A stretch of DNA of 63,617 nucleotides, filler included, from Bigelowiella natans CCMP2755 (taxonomy: Eukaryota > Protista > Cercozoa): the NCBI GenBank assembly GCA_000320545.1. It is 6 parts of 6 records of this genome, joined end to end, with 100 filler letters (N's around TTAATTAATTAA, not from the genome) between each part and the next. Parts side by side here need not be neighbours in the genome. Positions count along the whole stretch, not along the records: positions 19,951 to 27,416 come from ADNK01001704.1; positions 27,517 to 49,575 come from ADNK01003549.1; 4 more parts are not named here. One strand, given 5' to 3'. This document shows positions 22,820 to 37,952 of the stretch, piece by piece. Made by a program: the position numbers and the translations under genes. Below the pieces are notes generated by a model that did not search any database, was not told the origin of the DNA, and saw only the letters and a program-made list of their open reading frames with translations. Position 1 is the first letter of the stretch; each line of letters starts with the position of its first letter.

Positions 22820-23676
22820 TCTTGTTTGGATTTGGAGTTTCGAGGGCGGCTGCGTCTAGGGGTACCCCCCCCAATAACACCCCTAAAGCGACTCGTATAG
22901 GAAGTAGAAGCTTCTGCTGAAATGGGACCGGGAAGCAGTGGGTTGGTTGCCTATTTTGCGTTATGTTCAACGAAAATCATGGAGGGATTGAATATGTGTG
23001 TGATTATCGTTCCATCGTTGGCGTGTGTACGTGTATTCTCGTTGTTGGTGCTCTGATGCGTGCGGGTTGAGATCTACATTGGAGGCGGAGCTTGATGAGG
23101 AGGATAACTTGTGAAAAGCTGCTGCTTTAGGATGCCTCTGTCTGCTGTCGGGTGGTGGCTCCTTGCCCAGAATAAACAGAATTCGGTCGGTGGGAATCGG
23201 GCACATCGTAAGCTTCCTTCGCTCCTAATACATACACGATGATGAAGAAGATATATGCAGGCAGCAGCTCCTCTGAGATATAAGGAAGTAAGGTGGAGAG
23301 TTTTGCATGCATGTGTGTGTTTGTTTGTTTGCGCGCGCGCCCACGATGATACATAAAAAAAAGAAAACGAATTGGGACACTGTTTCTGAGCTCCAAGCAT
23401 ACCTCTCTGATGTATTTCCCCTGACTACTTTGAATGAAGACGTTATGAGCTCCGCTTGACGCTATATAACAGGCACGAACAATATGTAAATATATTATTG
23501 TATGGATGTTAATCAATCCCCCCCCCCCTCCTCCCCCCTTCTCTCTCTCTCTCTCACCCCGGAAGCTTTCATGACCATTGGGGAAGGACCGTGCAAGATA
23601 CTTTCGAGCAAACGTGTACAGCTCCTCCGCTGACAATGTATAAGCGTGTTACACTTATACTCATTATATGTGTGTA

Positions 23677-23718
<42 letters not shown>

Positions 23719-24953
23719 CGCCTGTGTGTTTATGCGGTCGTGAGGACCTGTATCACGATTCATGACAAAGGAGTGCTTTTGTGCTCGCAACAAATCGTCG
23801 ACCGTCAACTAAGATGTTAGCATAAATGCTGTCAGCCACTCTCTGCGGCATTTTCTTTATCGGGAAATTTATGGCCCTTGTTTTTCTAAACAGGGCAATG
23901 AGAAAAGGCCGGGGGTTGTGCTGCTGACCTTTGGCTCAGGATGTACAATTGAGGGAATTGCGAATGTCAATCTTACTGAGTGCCGATTATGGTCGTCAAG
24001 GTGCAATTTTCCCTCACTGAGGCTGCCAGGAGCAGCGTTCTTTCTCGAAGAAGAAGGGGAAGACGACGAAGATGAGATGCTACTTTCAGTGAGCTTCATC
24101 GCCCTTGCTCTTGCAGAGAGCGACCGGCGTCCAGCTAGCTGCTCAGGATTGAATATAAGAGAAGACAAACATCGCGGAAAAGATGACATTAGCAATCAAC
24201 TCACGAACTTTGATGGTACATCTCACAAATGAATGTTGGGGTGTATTTTGCCTGATGTTGCTGCAAAAAGCTGTAAACACTTCTCTTCGGAAGTTTGCCC
24301 TAAAATCTGCAAGAATTCACACACCTTGAGGCCACCGAGAGCAAGCGGTGGTAAATTCGAGGAACTTTTGCGCACAATCGGGTCTAGATGCTTGCATGCC
24401 CCCCTTCTCAATGGGGAGGATGACCTGTTATCTCCTTTCATTTGGGGCATGCTCCGATCCTACGAGGCAAAGAGATGAGGTTATCTTTTCCAACCCGAAA
24501 GCTTTCATCAGCTTTTTACCGTATCACCCCAAAGGGCGCTTCCTTCCTTAATTTTCTTGCCTCTTGGGCTTCGGCTCTTGCGCCGCATCGAAGCTGATGC
24601 GTCCGTCTTGCAGCAGGCACGAGTCGAAGAGCAGATCTACTACGAGCCCTCCTCCTCCTCCTCGTTCCCTCCTTCCTCTCTCATAGTCTATGTGTGAGAT
24701 TCGGTTACAGAAGATATGGCGTTACTCGTATTATCGTGAGATAAGTTTCTGGTGCTCTGTTCTCCGATGATTGACCTAGATCTATTAATAGTTTTCGAGG
24801 CCGACTATTTATTTCCTGCTGGGAGAAATCCCGAAAAAAAAATAAAAATCGGTAAAGTACACGGGCCCATTCGTGCTTGCGACAAGATTTGGTGCTCCTC
24901 GAACCCAAACAGCTTGCCGCCTTTTCCTCCTCAGAAAGGCTTCCCGGCTCCAC
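22050..24953 (-). CDS. Unknown, largely disordered multi-exon protein
   Basis: Series of same-strand exon-like ORFs (24953, 24450, 24195, 23636, 22970) separated by microsatellite introns; no family recognised. Confidence 0.35.
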
Positions 24954-25057
24954 GCTTTCCGAATACAGAAATAATAGTCTGCGACAAAGAATTATAGATA
25001 TCGTCGGTATAAATCCTAGGCTAATCGGCGATTCGTGACCTATTTTCGAACTTCAAA

Positions 25058-27416
25058 ATGGAAGGGCTAACCCAGCCCCCCACCCCTGAGGTAAACAATC
25101 CCGCATGTTTCGCCCAATGTGAGTCGCCTCACGTATAAATATATGATCGTGACATTAATGTCTAGACGCAGGAGGAGTCTCAGTTGTTCGAGGAAAGTCT
25201 CCCTCTCCCGTGCTTCAATATACCGAAGCTCAGGAAACGTGGCATGTGCGTCGTTTCCGACCTTGCCAGAGCTCCATCGAAGAACGAGAGGGTAGTCTTA
25301 TATCTTTAACTCGCGAATTTTCTGAGCAAATTGATATTTTAGAGCTTGGATGCGAATGGTGGCGACGATACTACAGATGAAGAAGACGAACCCCCGGACG
25401 AAAACGCCTGCCTAGGTCACAACACCAGAAAAGAGAGTGGTGGCCAATGCCGTAAGAAAGACGGAGAGCATGGCATATCGCGTACAAATCAAAGCGTATC
25501 AGAAGTATCAATGCTTGGGACTCGCTGCGATAGCGACAAAAAGCACCAAAAACTGGGCCCCCCCGCAGCAGCAACCACGACGAATTAAGTCAGGACGCAT
25601 TGATCAAGATGCTGCCATTGGTTACTGATAGCTTCATAGAGAATGCCCCCTTGAGTCAGGATTTCAACTATTCACAGCTACTAAATTGTCGCTCCCCCTC
25701 CACTCCCTCCCTTACCCCGCGCTCTACACAAACCCCTTCTTCGCATTTGAAACAACCCAAAATCACCAGTGCAGCATTAGAACAGCGGGAACAGGTGATG
25801 CTCAACGGTGAGGGCATTGAGGAAGATATGAGCTCCGCTTCACCATTGTTAGTCGAAAGATTTGATCAAAGTACTGCCTTGCGGACACCGAAGGCGAGGA
25901 TGCATGGGTTAGGCGGAGACGATACTCCATCCTCCACCAAAAACGCCCCCTCCTCTTCTCACGCACATCCATTTAATACTGGACCTACAGCATCAATCAA
26001 CTCTTCGTATTCATCTTCATCCCCTTCGTCGCTGATTTTAGAGCGGGCAAAGCAGCACGACGGGTGCTCGAAAAGCAAACAAATGAATCGCCAACTGAAA
26101 AAAGACAGCAGCAGCCGTGCATCTGGGAGCAGCTTAATCCTTGACTCCTACGACGACGGCGACGACGATATTGTGCCTGCAGATTCTCAGTGGAATATGC
26201 GAGTAAGGAGGAGGAGAAGGCGGCTACAAAATAAAAGAGCCAGCAGGAGTAAGGAGGAGGGCGCTCCCAAAAGCTGCAGTAGTGGTTTGAGTGCCAGAAA
26301 TTCTGATGGCGATGAAATGAAGAAAAGGAGAAGCAGCATTAGCAGCCGTAGCACATGCAAAACGGTGAGGTTTTCCAGGTCAAACCTGCCTTCAAGTTGT
26401 TCAAAAACAGTTAGCGAGGAGGCGCAGAGAAGAAGCGAGAAGGAGCAGACAGCGAAGATGATGGTTGCAGAAGGGGGAGGGGGACAGAAGGTACAAAACC
26501 CCATTCTCACCACCGACCCAAAGACAACTACTACTACTACCACTACCAGAACTTCTTTTGAGACTCTTCTCATAGAAGATGACGCAGAGGAGTGCCTCCC
26601 ACTTCCCCCCTCTGGATCGGGCGGTGAAAGGTACAACAAAAGGAGAACACGCAACAATAATAAGCCTATTATCAGGATAGACGAAGAGGACCCTATCTGT
26701 GACAGCAGCTGTAGCGAAGACTTCGGCGATGAGCGCAAGAGGAATGGTGATGGGGGAAAGTATAGGAAGCGCCCCGGGGGACAAGAGGAGCAGGTGGATG
26801 AGGGAGAGGCCGAGATCACAGAGGATGAGCTTGGCAGCCGCAGCAGCAGCGGCACCGACGACGAGATCGAAGATGACAGCAACGCATTCAAAGCCGCAAT
26901 GATGGCTGCTGCTGCCCGGGAGGAAAAGGAAGAAGCGAAGCACCAGCTTTTGCCCCCCCCCTGCTCGACATCATCTTGCATGTCCTCCTCTAGCGAAAGC
27001 AGCTGTTTGGATTGGCTGCTTAATGGGAGAGAGACGAAGGAGGAGGAGGAGGAGGAGGAGGAGGAGGAGAAGAGGAAAAAGAAGCGCCCCCCCTCCCCGA
27101 AGAGAGCGAGGTCAGTCTCTACGGGGAAAGAAAAGAAAGACGCTTCCCTTTCCTTCTCCTCCTCCTCTTCCTCCTCGTCCTTTGTCATCGATGACAGCAA
27201 AGCTCCCGCCTTTACGATGAAATTGAGAACAAGAGAAACGAGATGGAGAGTGGCGTGCCGTAGAATACTGTGGGCCTCTATGGGGCGCAGTCTCGAGCGG
27301 AAGGACAAGGGTGGCGGTGGTACCATTGATGATAGAAGTAATGCCCATTCGGGCAATGGATCATGATGGTATTGGCGATGAGAATACATGTCCCCAAGAC
27401 CGTAGAAAAAACGATA
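25058..27416 (+). CDS. Unknown low-complexity acidic/Ser-rich protein, 3'-truncated
   Basis: ATG at 25058 (MEGLTQPPTPE|gt), short exons, then the long 25600..27366 reading frame with basic NLS-like patches. Confidence 0.55.
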
Positions 27417-27516
27417 NNNNNNNNNNNNNNNNNNNNNNNNNNNNNNNNNNNNNNNNNNNNTTAATTAATTAANNNNNNNNNNNNNNNNNNNNNNNNNNNN
27501 NNNNNNNNNNNNNNNN
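27417..27516. other. Artificial contig linker
   Basis: N44-TTAATTAATTAA-N44. Confidence 0.98.
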
Positions 27517-27522
27517 CGTATA

Positions 27523-27566
<44 letters not shown>

Positions 27567-27595
27567 GATCATCACGCTCGTCATATAGCATATAT

Positions 27596-27632
<37 letters not shown>

Positions 27633-28566
27633 ATATATCAACTGAACGGTGCTAATCGCAGCTCTTTTGTAGCTTTTTGAGATGCAACCTACACCGCTTA
27701 CGTACCCTGTCTAGCTGTGCACATTTGCTGTCTCTCAAGTGTTTCAGCAGTGAGACTAAGCGTACTAAAAATCCGTAATGGGGCGTTATCACAGCTATGC
27801 TTACATTCACATTGGGACTTGTAGTCCACACACGTGCACGCGCATGAGAACACATGCACCCATGTACTCTAGGTGCACTGAAAAAGTACACATGCTGAGT
27901 GCACATGTGCATGGGTGCGCTGATGTGTGCTAGTGTGGCACATGTGAGGTGAAAGGCACATGTGCATGGGTGCGCTGATGTGTGCTAGTGTGGCACATGC
28001 TAGACATGTGAGGTGAAAGGCATATGTGAAGTGCTTGATGCACATGTCGCAGACAGCATGCACGTATGGCTGCTAGATGGGGACTCATGCATGGTCCACA
28101 CATTCATCAGCACCGGCCATGCCAACGTGCGCACACAGTTTTTTGCAATCAGTGCAACTACCTAGACTACTGCCACACATACATATACCAGCACACTAGC
28201 TAGCACATGACGAATATACATTTTCTGTAATTCTACAGAATTGCATTGTCATAGCTGCACATGATAGACGACATGTATCACACAGGAGCATGGGTGTAGT
28301 GATCATCAATAGTTCCATTCAAGTATCATCATGATGTCCAGCTTTGCAATGCTGCGGCAAATAGGTGCGATATAGCTTGCACAGCTACATTACCAATAGG
28401 ATGGCCATTGATCAAATCTAAATTAATCATTACATCCGTCTGATAGTATGCACGTAGGCACGTGATCTTTGTGAAAGTAGTCAGCATTAGTACATCATTG
28501 TCTGACGTACATATCAACAATAACACATAAGCATAACAAAGTCTATGATGGATAGTCGCACTACAT

Positions 28567-30896
28567 CTAATGATATGCTTTGAGACTTTCACTTGTGAAT
28601 GCTGCATAATTGCACGTAGTGAAGGGGCAATTTTTATTGCCATATCGAGAACCAAGCGTGGGTACACGTTCGGGTAGCTGTTCTGCTGCTTGCCCGCTTT
28701 GAGCCTCCTTTTTCATTCACAGCATTCATAAGCACGTTGGGAATTATGAATACAGCAGCAATACATTGTTCTAATAAGCAAATCTTCCTTTCCTCCCTCT
28801 TTCTCATTATTCTTCTTCTTCATCTACTGCTACTACTACTACTAATAATAATAATAAATAATAATATCATTAGTTCAATGTATGATTTGAATGCTTCGAA
28901 AGTATTTGTTTAATACGATAAGTGGTATGATTACATCTACTCTTGACTGATTCCTAATAGTAGGTACTTACATCTATTATTTCTATCTTCACTGCTACCT
29001 AATAGTACGTACATACTCACACATTACACTACACTACCTTCGGATCGACTCCAGAAGGGACATTCATTGGCTCGTTCCAAGACGGTTGCATGAATACTGC
29101 GTAAGATTCGCGGCTAACATTTGCAGCGTCTGGACCTCTTACTGCATGTGGTGTGGCTTGCAAGATACCTCCTGTATGGATTTGAGACGATTCTCCAATT
29201 TGAAATAGAAGCGTATTTCCAGCATGAACCTTCTCATTGTCAGCTGGAAGGCTTACCTTTGAGGGGGGGGGGATCAGGTTATTAATGGCATCATCATGAT
29301 AGATGATGATAATCCACAAATGTGCTCGTGAATTACTAATAGTTGTCCTATGTCCGTCCTGCTACCTTTAGTAACTCTCCTTTTCTTGATCTTATGTACA
29401 AACCAGCACTTGGATCAGGAGATTTTGTTAGAAATTCGCCCGTCTTTGTATTCACAAATTGTCCTACAACCTGGTAGTAGTGATACATACGAATAGTAGT
29501 AGTAGTAGTAGTTGTAGTAGTAGTAGTAGTTGTAGTAGTAGTAGTTGTAGTAGTAGTAGTGCGTTATTCAACTAATCGACGGTGTGCACATACTTCTAAA
29601 TTTAATTAAAGGAAAAACGAAACTTTAATGGACGATGAATGTTGCAGATTTCTTAGATTTTAATTTTGTCCGACGTGTTCTCTCATCTCTTTATTCACGA
29701 TCTCTTATTATTATCTTCATCGCAAGAAGCATGCATCAGACAACCAAGCTTTGTGAGCAACAAAGCATCTTGAGCATGTGATTATCAGCCAATACGATAA
29801 ATAAAGAAATAGTCTGTAATCGGTAATACTACCAATCCAGTGAGGGAGCTGTGATCATTATGCCATCCACACCAATCACTGAATGGGTCATTGGAAGAAG
29901 AAGAAGAAGAAGAAGAAGAAGAAGAAGACGGCTGCACCTTCTCCTCTTCTCCATCGGAACTACGATTCTCCGCTTTCTTGTCGATTGGAAAGTAGTGTAA
30001 TAACCTTGCCTTACACACTTTGTTTGTTGAGATCATCCTGTGGAGTCGGCCTTTTTCGTAGGTGTGAGATTTGGACTCAACATGTTTATCGCAGTGATTA
30101 GCGACCATAACTCCCACCTAGTAATCGAGTTATGTATTTTTTATGTCGTCTTTGATTCATATAATATAAGCTAAATAAAACATATAGATTAATAACAACT
30201 GAAACACAATTAATATGTAGTATAAACACCACCTTAACTAATAGCTTTCCCATGTTCATGAAATTGGTTTCCAAACTTGGAAGTTCCTTCGTAGGCCATA
30301 CGTTTGGGGTTGCAAAAGAAGGATATTTCTCCACCACTTTTGGATCATCTGTTGGCTTGTTGAGCAAAGGGTTGTTGTAGTAACTACCCTTTGAGTAGTC
30401 GGGATGACCCTGAAAAGACGACATAACAACTTACCTCTCTTATTGTTGACAGATAGCGTCGATGAAGATTTAAATAGTATTATAGCTACACTAAACCTGA
30501 AGTTTTTCTTTCCCATGACTCCATCCGAAGCTGTAAAAACTGGCTTTATGCTCGTACTTCTCTTTCACCTTGTTCTCCATGTTAGCAAATCGAAATCCGT
30601 CCTTGAAGACAGCTTCCCTCAACTTTGCAACTTCTGGGATACCGTAGACACCGATGATTCCTATTTCATTGGGCGAGAGTGGAAAATTTTATTTCACCAA
30701 TTAAATATTAAATATACGAAAAAGAAAGAAGAATTTAAGTTTCTTCACCTAGTCCATCGTAACCGTATGCAGTCTCAATCGTCTTAGAGAGATCTTTCTT
30801 CGGGTCACAGATGTCTTCGAATGGAATGAGTACAGGATTGACGATCTTGGCTTTAAACTTGCTATTTTTCCCATGTTGTTTCGGACTCTCCTCCAT
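28567..30896 (-). CDS. 2-oxoglutarate/Fe(II)-dependent oxygenase (IPNS-like fold), multi-exon
   Basis: AYGYDGLGII, YSFGWSHGKE, KGSYYNNP, NVWP, KARLLHYFP, WCGWHNDHSSLTGL (HxD), FQIGESSQIHTGGILQATPHAVR (distal His), SRESYAVFMQP; last exon ...FTSESLKAYH*. Confidence 0.9.
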
Positions 30897-32983
30897 GAGT
30901 TTAAATCACTTCGAAATGTACACAAGAACTATCTAAAACTCTTGTTTTGAGTAAAGGGGAGGGCTTGGAATGAAGCCGAGTTTTGGATTGTGAGAGACAT
31001 TTCAGATTTTCGTCCTCAATTTCATCTGACAGACTACTAAAATAAATGCTATTCATCTTGTACGACAAATATTGTTTGCTGTATCAAGAAGAATTAACGG
31101 TTTCTGCCCCAGATACCAGTAGTCATAGGGATTTTTTTCAGAATCTTTAGTTAGTTTACATTTTTGTCTATGTGACACAAGGCTATTGATGTCGCAGAAT
31201 AATTTTATAGGCAGTATTATTCATATTCCTGTTAATCCCGGGACGTATTCTTACGCTCCGAAGGGGACTCGGAGATTAATGACCATCCGACGAAGATGAT
31301 CGCATTACCTTACCCATTGATTACTGAATGAATGAATGATGAATGATTAAATGAATGAATGACACTTAGTTTCACACATTTCATGTTGGGCAGTTCGGAG
31401 AGGTATCCAGTATGTAATGAATGTTTGAGTAAGGACATGAAAAATTCCTACTGCCATGACCGCTCAACAGTTTCCTGCAACCTTCGAACGGAAGAGCATG
31501 CAATCAGACGCCGGCCAGCAGCATGATTGGTAAATCGTTAGTAGGCCTGGGGCTATTTTGTTGTTGTTCATAATTTGAGGAACACATCACGATGAGGCGT
31601 TATTTGCCTTGGATGAGGAAAGAATTTTTCCCCTCGTCTAGCTCATGCCCTCATCGTCCAAATTTGACCAAGTATGAGTGTAGCATCATGGCGTCACGCA
31701 ACTAAACGCTGTGTGCTCAATTTTTTCACTCAATTAGTCAAATGAGAGCTTGCGGAATTTCATGCCGCTAATTCTAACTCGCGATGACGATGCGCCGGCG
31801 CGCGGCAACTAGCAGCAACCATTCATGCGACATGTGGCCACGTCTGGAGGTGCACCCAAAGCTGCATGCGACAAGCGTGTGATGCAGGGCTGCGCCGCTA
31901 GAGCGCATGTTCATGTTTCGGGCAGAAAAAAATTCCAAGATTCGGAAGAAAATTGTGATGAAAAGTCCACAATGAAGTGCACGATGTGGGACTAGATGCA
32001 TGAATCTCGTGGCACAAAATGACTGTGTGGTGCAAGGCAAGCTGGAAGGCGTGAAGACCACAACAAGTTTGATGGAATGTCATTCATCCGTGCTGGAATT
32101 GTTGTCCTGCAAAGGGCTAGTAGCACATGTTGTTCAATGTTGCCCAGCTAGCCAGTTTTGCACTTGCGCCGGGCGGTTGCATGGTGAGTTAGACAGCAAA
32201 TGATCAATGAACGCGTGCGTGCAGGCGCGATCGAGAAGTAGAAAGCCACCTGTATGTCTAACCCTGCGCATGCACATCGGGGGGGCATGCAACATGACAA
32301 GACAACTAGATCGCAAATGCAACACTTGCAGTGGGTCTAGAATGTGCAGGTAGAGGCCGGAGAGACGAACAAAACATGTGCATTAGTCCCGCCGGCCTTG
32401 CATGTGCGGAACAGAGAGTGTTGATTTTAAGAGCGACGCTATTTAGCGTTGCTAGATCTAGAGATGCGCTCCCACACTACGTAGGTGCGCTAGCCATGCT
32501 AGCATGACACATGATGCATGTACACATGCATGTGTACACAAACATGTCTGCAATGTGCAAGGACACAGATGCTTTTAAATGCATCAAACACATTTTTACA
32601 TTTTAGTCGAGGCAAATAGATACAACCTAAGCGTTGTAGCTGCTGCTTTGCATAGCTACATTAGGATGACTATTGAAAAGATTTATTCACTTCATATTCG
32701 TCTCATACTTATATGTGCATATATATATATATATATATATACATATATTTAATACTGCATCTATTGCAGCATTTGCATCATCGTTACATTGAATACGATT
32801 AATCTAGATATGGATCAGGGAGCGTGTAGACAGGATATGGCATCTGTCGCCATTTAGGTGCAAACACATGCAATTCGAAGCAATGTGTACACTGCTGCAT
32901 GGAAGGTTTATTCTCCGTTAGGCCTTGAGGTATGAGTGCAGCACAGTAGTATCTTTCATGCTGTGTTCTAAATTTTCTGAAAA

Positions 32984-33433
32984 TTACTTGATTTTGACAG
33001 GATTTTTCGAAGGCTTTCCTCCGCATCCAAGCAAAGAGATGTGATATTCACTCAAAGCTTCCTCACACACATTGGAGGGAGCTCCTGTCATTGGATCATT
33101 TCCATACGTATTCTTCGGAAAAGCAATTACCTAATAAATTTCAGGTTAATGTGGGGAAAGACGCGTTCGCAAATAACATGTATCATTACAGCATCACCGT
33201 CATCTTATGTCCATAAAATAATGCATGTAGTAGTGTGTATAGCATCTCTCTAACTACTCCTGCTACTACTTAGACACCGCAGCTTCTATTGCTGCTGCAA
33301 TTTTTGCCTACCTCTCGTATGTTGTCCTCAGAGCAAAGGATTGCTGCTAATCTATCAACACCAATTGCTATGCCACCATGTGGAGGTGTACCAAATCTGA
33401 TGATTGATTATGATGATAGACAACACATAGTAC

Positions 33434-33468
<35 letters not shown>

Positions 33469-34013
33469 CATTATCGATTGTAGCTTCAGTATTGGTATTT
33501 TACCAGCAAGCTAGCAAACAGAATAGCTAACGACATGAAACAGTATCAACATTGTAGGTTATCTGTTGTTGCGGGTAGTATTTATAGTGATCTGCTTTTT
33601 TTGTCGGTGAGTAGTGTGGTTTACTGCTACTACCCAAGAGCATCAGTAAGGTGCTTGAAGTCTTCATTCGTGTTAGTAGTAGTAGTAGTAGTAGTAGTAG
33701 TAGCAGTAGTAGCAGTAGTAGCAGTAGTAGCAGTAGTAGTAGTGCTGTCGCTGTTGCTACAAGTGCTGCTTCCCCCTTCTTTTTGCCTTTTAATATCGTT
33801 TAACGATGATGGTGATGATGATGGCGGTGCCGCTGCTGCCTGTGTTGTTGATGATGATGATGATGACGACGACCCAAGGACTCCGAAAATCTATCGATGA
33901 TGATGCAAGAAATTATCTATTTATTATGATATGGAAGGTAGTAGTGATAATGTGGTTCATCGTGTCGATGAAGGAAGAGGACTCACCCTCCAAACCATAC
34001 GGTGTCGTAGTGC

Positions 34014-34048
<35 letters not shown>

Positions 34049-34644
34049 ATTGCTATTGCCCTACTTTGCCAAATCACTCCAACAAAAACTGGTTATCGTG
34101 CACATATATACTATTACTACAAATACTACTACTACTACAATTACTACCATTCGTTGCAGCTTTGCATCGTGAATTCGTATAGAGCCACCACCCAATTCCA
34201 TGCCATTAATCACTAAATCATATGCTTGGCTCTTTAGCCCATCCTCCATTTTCAAGATTTTTTCTGATAACAAGTTTGTAGCAGTACTTGCCGTCGTTGC
34301 TGCTACTACTTGATCATTAGCTGCTTCCTCGGCTGGCTCTTTTTCACCAAGCAGCCCATTACTTTCCTTCTCCAAAAATTGTAGGCTTTCCTTCGTTGGA
34401 GCTGTGAAGGGATGATGAACGCTCTACAACAACAACAACAACAAGAAGAAGAGTGAAGTTGCACACAAGTACAGGAGGGCTCATTGGACTTCACTATGTC
34501 TGAAGATGGCTAAGTAGTGGGATATCCTATCTTCTTCAACATTGCAGGACGAAGATGCTGCTGCTGCTGATGATGACGATGATGGTGGTGGTGGTGATGG
34601 TGATGAGGGGATACAGTATCAGGGAATAGCTAAATGAAGAGGAT

Positions 34645-34684
<40 letters not shown>

Positions 34685-35675
34685 GTACGATTGAGAGATA
34701 GCTACCTTCAGCAATACGGATGGCGGTTCTGTTATTGCTGATGGGGACGATGATGATGATGATGATGATGAAGTAGATGAGCCAACTGCAACTGCTGCTT
34801 CCTCAAAGAGAGGAAAGTCCGTTATCCATAGCGCCTCATAATTTGATATATCTCTGATGGATGCTTCTGAAAGGATACCCAAGTCCTACCAGTATTTATG
34901 AACTATTTATCTTTTTAGTGATTTCACTATTTATATGTTGCCATCACACTTGTATACGACCGATGATGGCGACTACAAAACTGTAAAGCAGATGATGTAT
35001 TGTTGAAAGAAAAAAACGTGCTCCTCCGCTTCCAGTAAAGACTGCGGCATTGATAGTTTTGTTGAGTTGAAAATAGTTTATTATTACACGTGAGTGCTAT
35101 AGCCCCACAACCATCATCCATCCATCTATCCACCACTACCACCACCTCCTCCTCTAACCACCATGAGCTAATACCGACATTAATAACAGTACTAAATACA
35201 ACACATGGCATTTGATTTTCAACATTCAAAGTTTTGAGTAATTCTTCTCCTCTTCCCCCTCCCCCTCCGCCTCCTCCTCCTCCTCATCATCATCATGTAC
35301 AGTCATTATTCAAGTGAGACGATGACCATTTGCGCGGAAGCTGCTTTTATCCGGTATTGACCCAATGCCTCAGCTGCGAGCAGGGGTGTGTCGCCGGAGG
35401 ATGTAACAAAGAGAAGATCTCCAGGAGATATATCAAACAATTTTTCCATCCTCTCTCTAATTCATCCAAATCCAGTCGTGCAAAGAAGTAGAAGAAGAGA
35501 AAGAAGAAGAAGAAGAAGAAGAAGAAGAAGAAGAAGAATTAGAAGGACAATTTGTTGCAACCCATCATCCTCACTCAACCCCCTCCTCCCCTCTTCCTCC
35601 TCGTTGAGGTTTGGCTTTATAGATCTACCCTTTTGGAAAGAAGACGAAGAAGAAGAAGGTACATGTAAATTCAGC

Positions 35676-35710
<35 letters not shown>

Positions 35711-35715
35711 TAATG

Positions 35716-35748
<33 letters not shown>

Positions 35749-36045
35749 GATATATTACAACAACGACGACGACATCTTAATGTCAGTTACTACTACTAGT
35801 ACCACCTATGAGTGGCGAGGGGAAGGAGTACTTTTGGCAGCTTAATGTTACCGCTACTATCTACTTTGACTGGATATACTCTGGTAGTGGTAAGTAAGTA
35901 GCACTTGATCAGTAATAATCATATTTAAACGATGACAAATATCACCATCCACATGCATCATGCTATTGATATTATATATATATATATATATATATATGTA
36001 GTATTGGTACATTGCCCTCTTAAGGTTTCTTGTTCTTCTTTTCTT

Positions 36046-36088
<43 letters not shown>

Positions 36089-36167
36089 ATTGTTTCATCA
36101 TAATGATTACTGTGAGGATGATGATGATGATGATGATGTTGATTATGTCCTCATAATGACTACTGTG

Positions 36168-36203
<36 letters not shown>

Positions 36204-36265
36204 ATGTCCACCTATCTGCGAATGGGTGCAATATGCTCTCCCTCAACTTAGATATATCTTTCCTG

Positions 36266-36299
<34 letters not shown>

Positions 36300-36700
36300 C
36301 AGGCAGCACTGATCTATAAATATGTGTTGAGTCGTGATATATCTTCTACGTCTAAATATGATGAGTAGACACTACTACCTACCTACCTACCTACTAAGTT
36401 TTGCACCGAGTCCTTTGGCATTTATTCCTTTAGCTGCTGCACACCATCCTTAAGAACAAAACAAGAAGAAGAAGAAGAAGAAGAAGAAGAAGAAGATGTG
36501 TATGATAGATACATAAATAGGTGTTATCATAATTGAAGATTCTGCTGCTTGCATAAGTGTAGCAGTATTAGTAGTAGTAGTAGTATCATGTACCCGATTT
36601 TGGATCAAGACCAGCGTCTCTGCAAATATCCGAAAATTCTACAATCTTCATGCCGTATCTTTGAGTTAAGAGGAGAGAGAGAGGGAGAGAGAGGGAGAGA

Positions 36701-36749
<49 letters not shown>

Positions 36750-36837
36750 AGCACAGATCATCATTCGAATTGCAGTGAAGGAAAGACAGCTACTACAATA
36801 ATTATATAAGAATGCACCACAATGTAGCAGGAACAAG

Positions 36838-36868
<31 letters not shown>

Positions 36869-37693
36869 CTTAGATCTGGCTTATCTGTACCGTAGGAGTT
36901 CATCGCTTCATGATATGTCATTCGTTTCAAAGGTTGCGTCGAGCGATTAGCCTCCCCCTCCTCCTTGATTCGGAGACATTTAGGAACCGCACTTATAGCC
37001 CCCATTTGATTTAGTTGAGAGAAAAGATCACGTAACATCTCCTCTACGATGCTCATTACTGCATCAGCATCCACAAAGGACATTTCGATATCCAACTGAT
37101 GAGAGGTTAGCACACACCACTATCAATCAAGGAATCAACCAATAACCAACTCAAATCATGTTAATCTAAGTTTATTCTAAGTCGTGCTTCTTTCATCCTC
37201 CTGACCATAACATGCACTGTTATTATTATTATTATCGTTACTATCATCATTATTATTTTTGATATAGTATTATTTGGAGTGATATCATCATTTTCGTAGT
37301 CTTCTTCTTCTTCTTCTACAACTGCCAAAACTGATACAACAACAACAACTACTACTACTACTACTACTACTCTAATCAGTCTCCTCCTCCTCCTCCACCT
37401 CCACCACCTCTTCCTCCTCTCTCCTGTGCTCATTACTACTCTAGTAGTACGTAGTACTTGTGTAAATTCTGGTTGTCTATCTGCTCTTCCGCTCTCATCT
37501 CGGTAGCATCTTGCCACTTGGAAATATCTTACAGTTGTCATCATCCACACACCATTTGTCGTCGTAGTACATCATAAATAGTAGGACAGTTGTCATCATC
37601 CACACACCATTTGTCGTCGTAGTACATCATAAATAGTAGGACAGTTGTCATCATCCACACACCATTCGTCGTCGTAGTACATCATAAATAGTA

Positions 37694-37734
<41 letters not shown>

Positions 37735-37777
37735 ATACACATACACACACAGGTAGCAGTAGTAGTATCAAGCGGTG

Positions 37778-37819
<42 letters not shown>

Positions 37820-37902
37820 CTTTGTTTGGTGATGGTATTAGCAGTAGATAGGAAGGATGGTGATGATCATCCTCATAAGGGTCTCTTCTCTTTCTAACGC
37901 AT

Positions 37903-37952
<50 letters not shown>

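Noticed and set aside
26187-27389. 400-aa minus-strand ORF (likewise 4647..5195 +)
   Set aside because: Antisense shadow of a low-complexity coding exon on the other strand.
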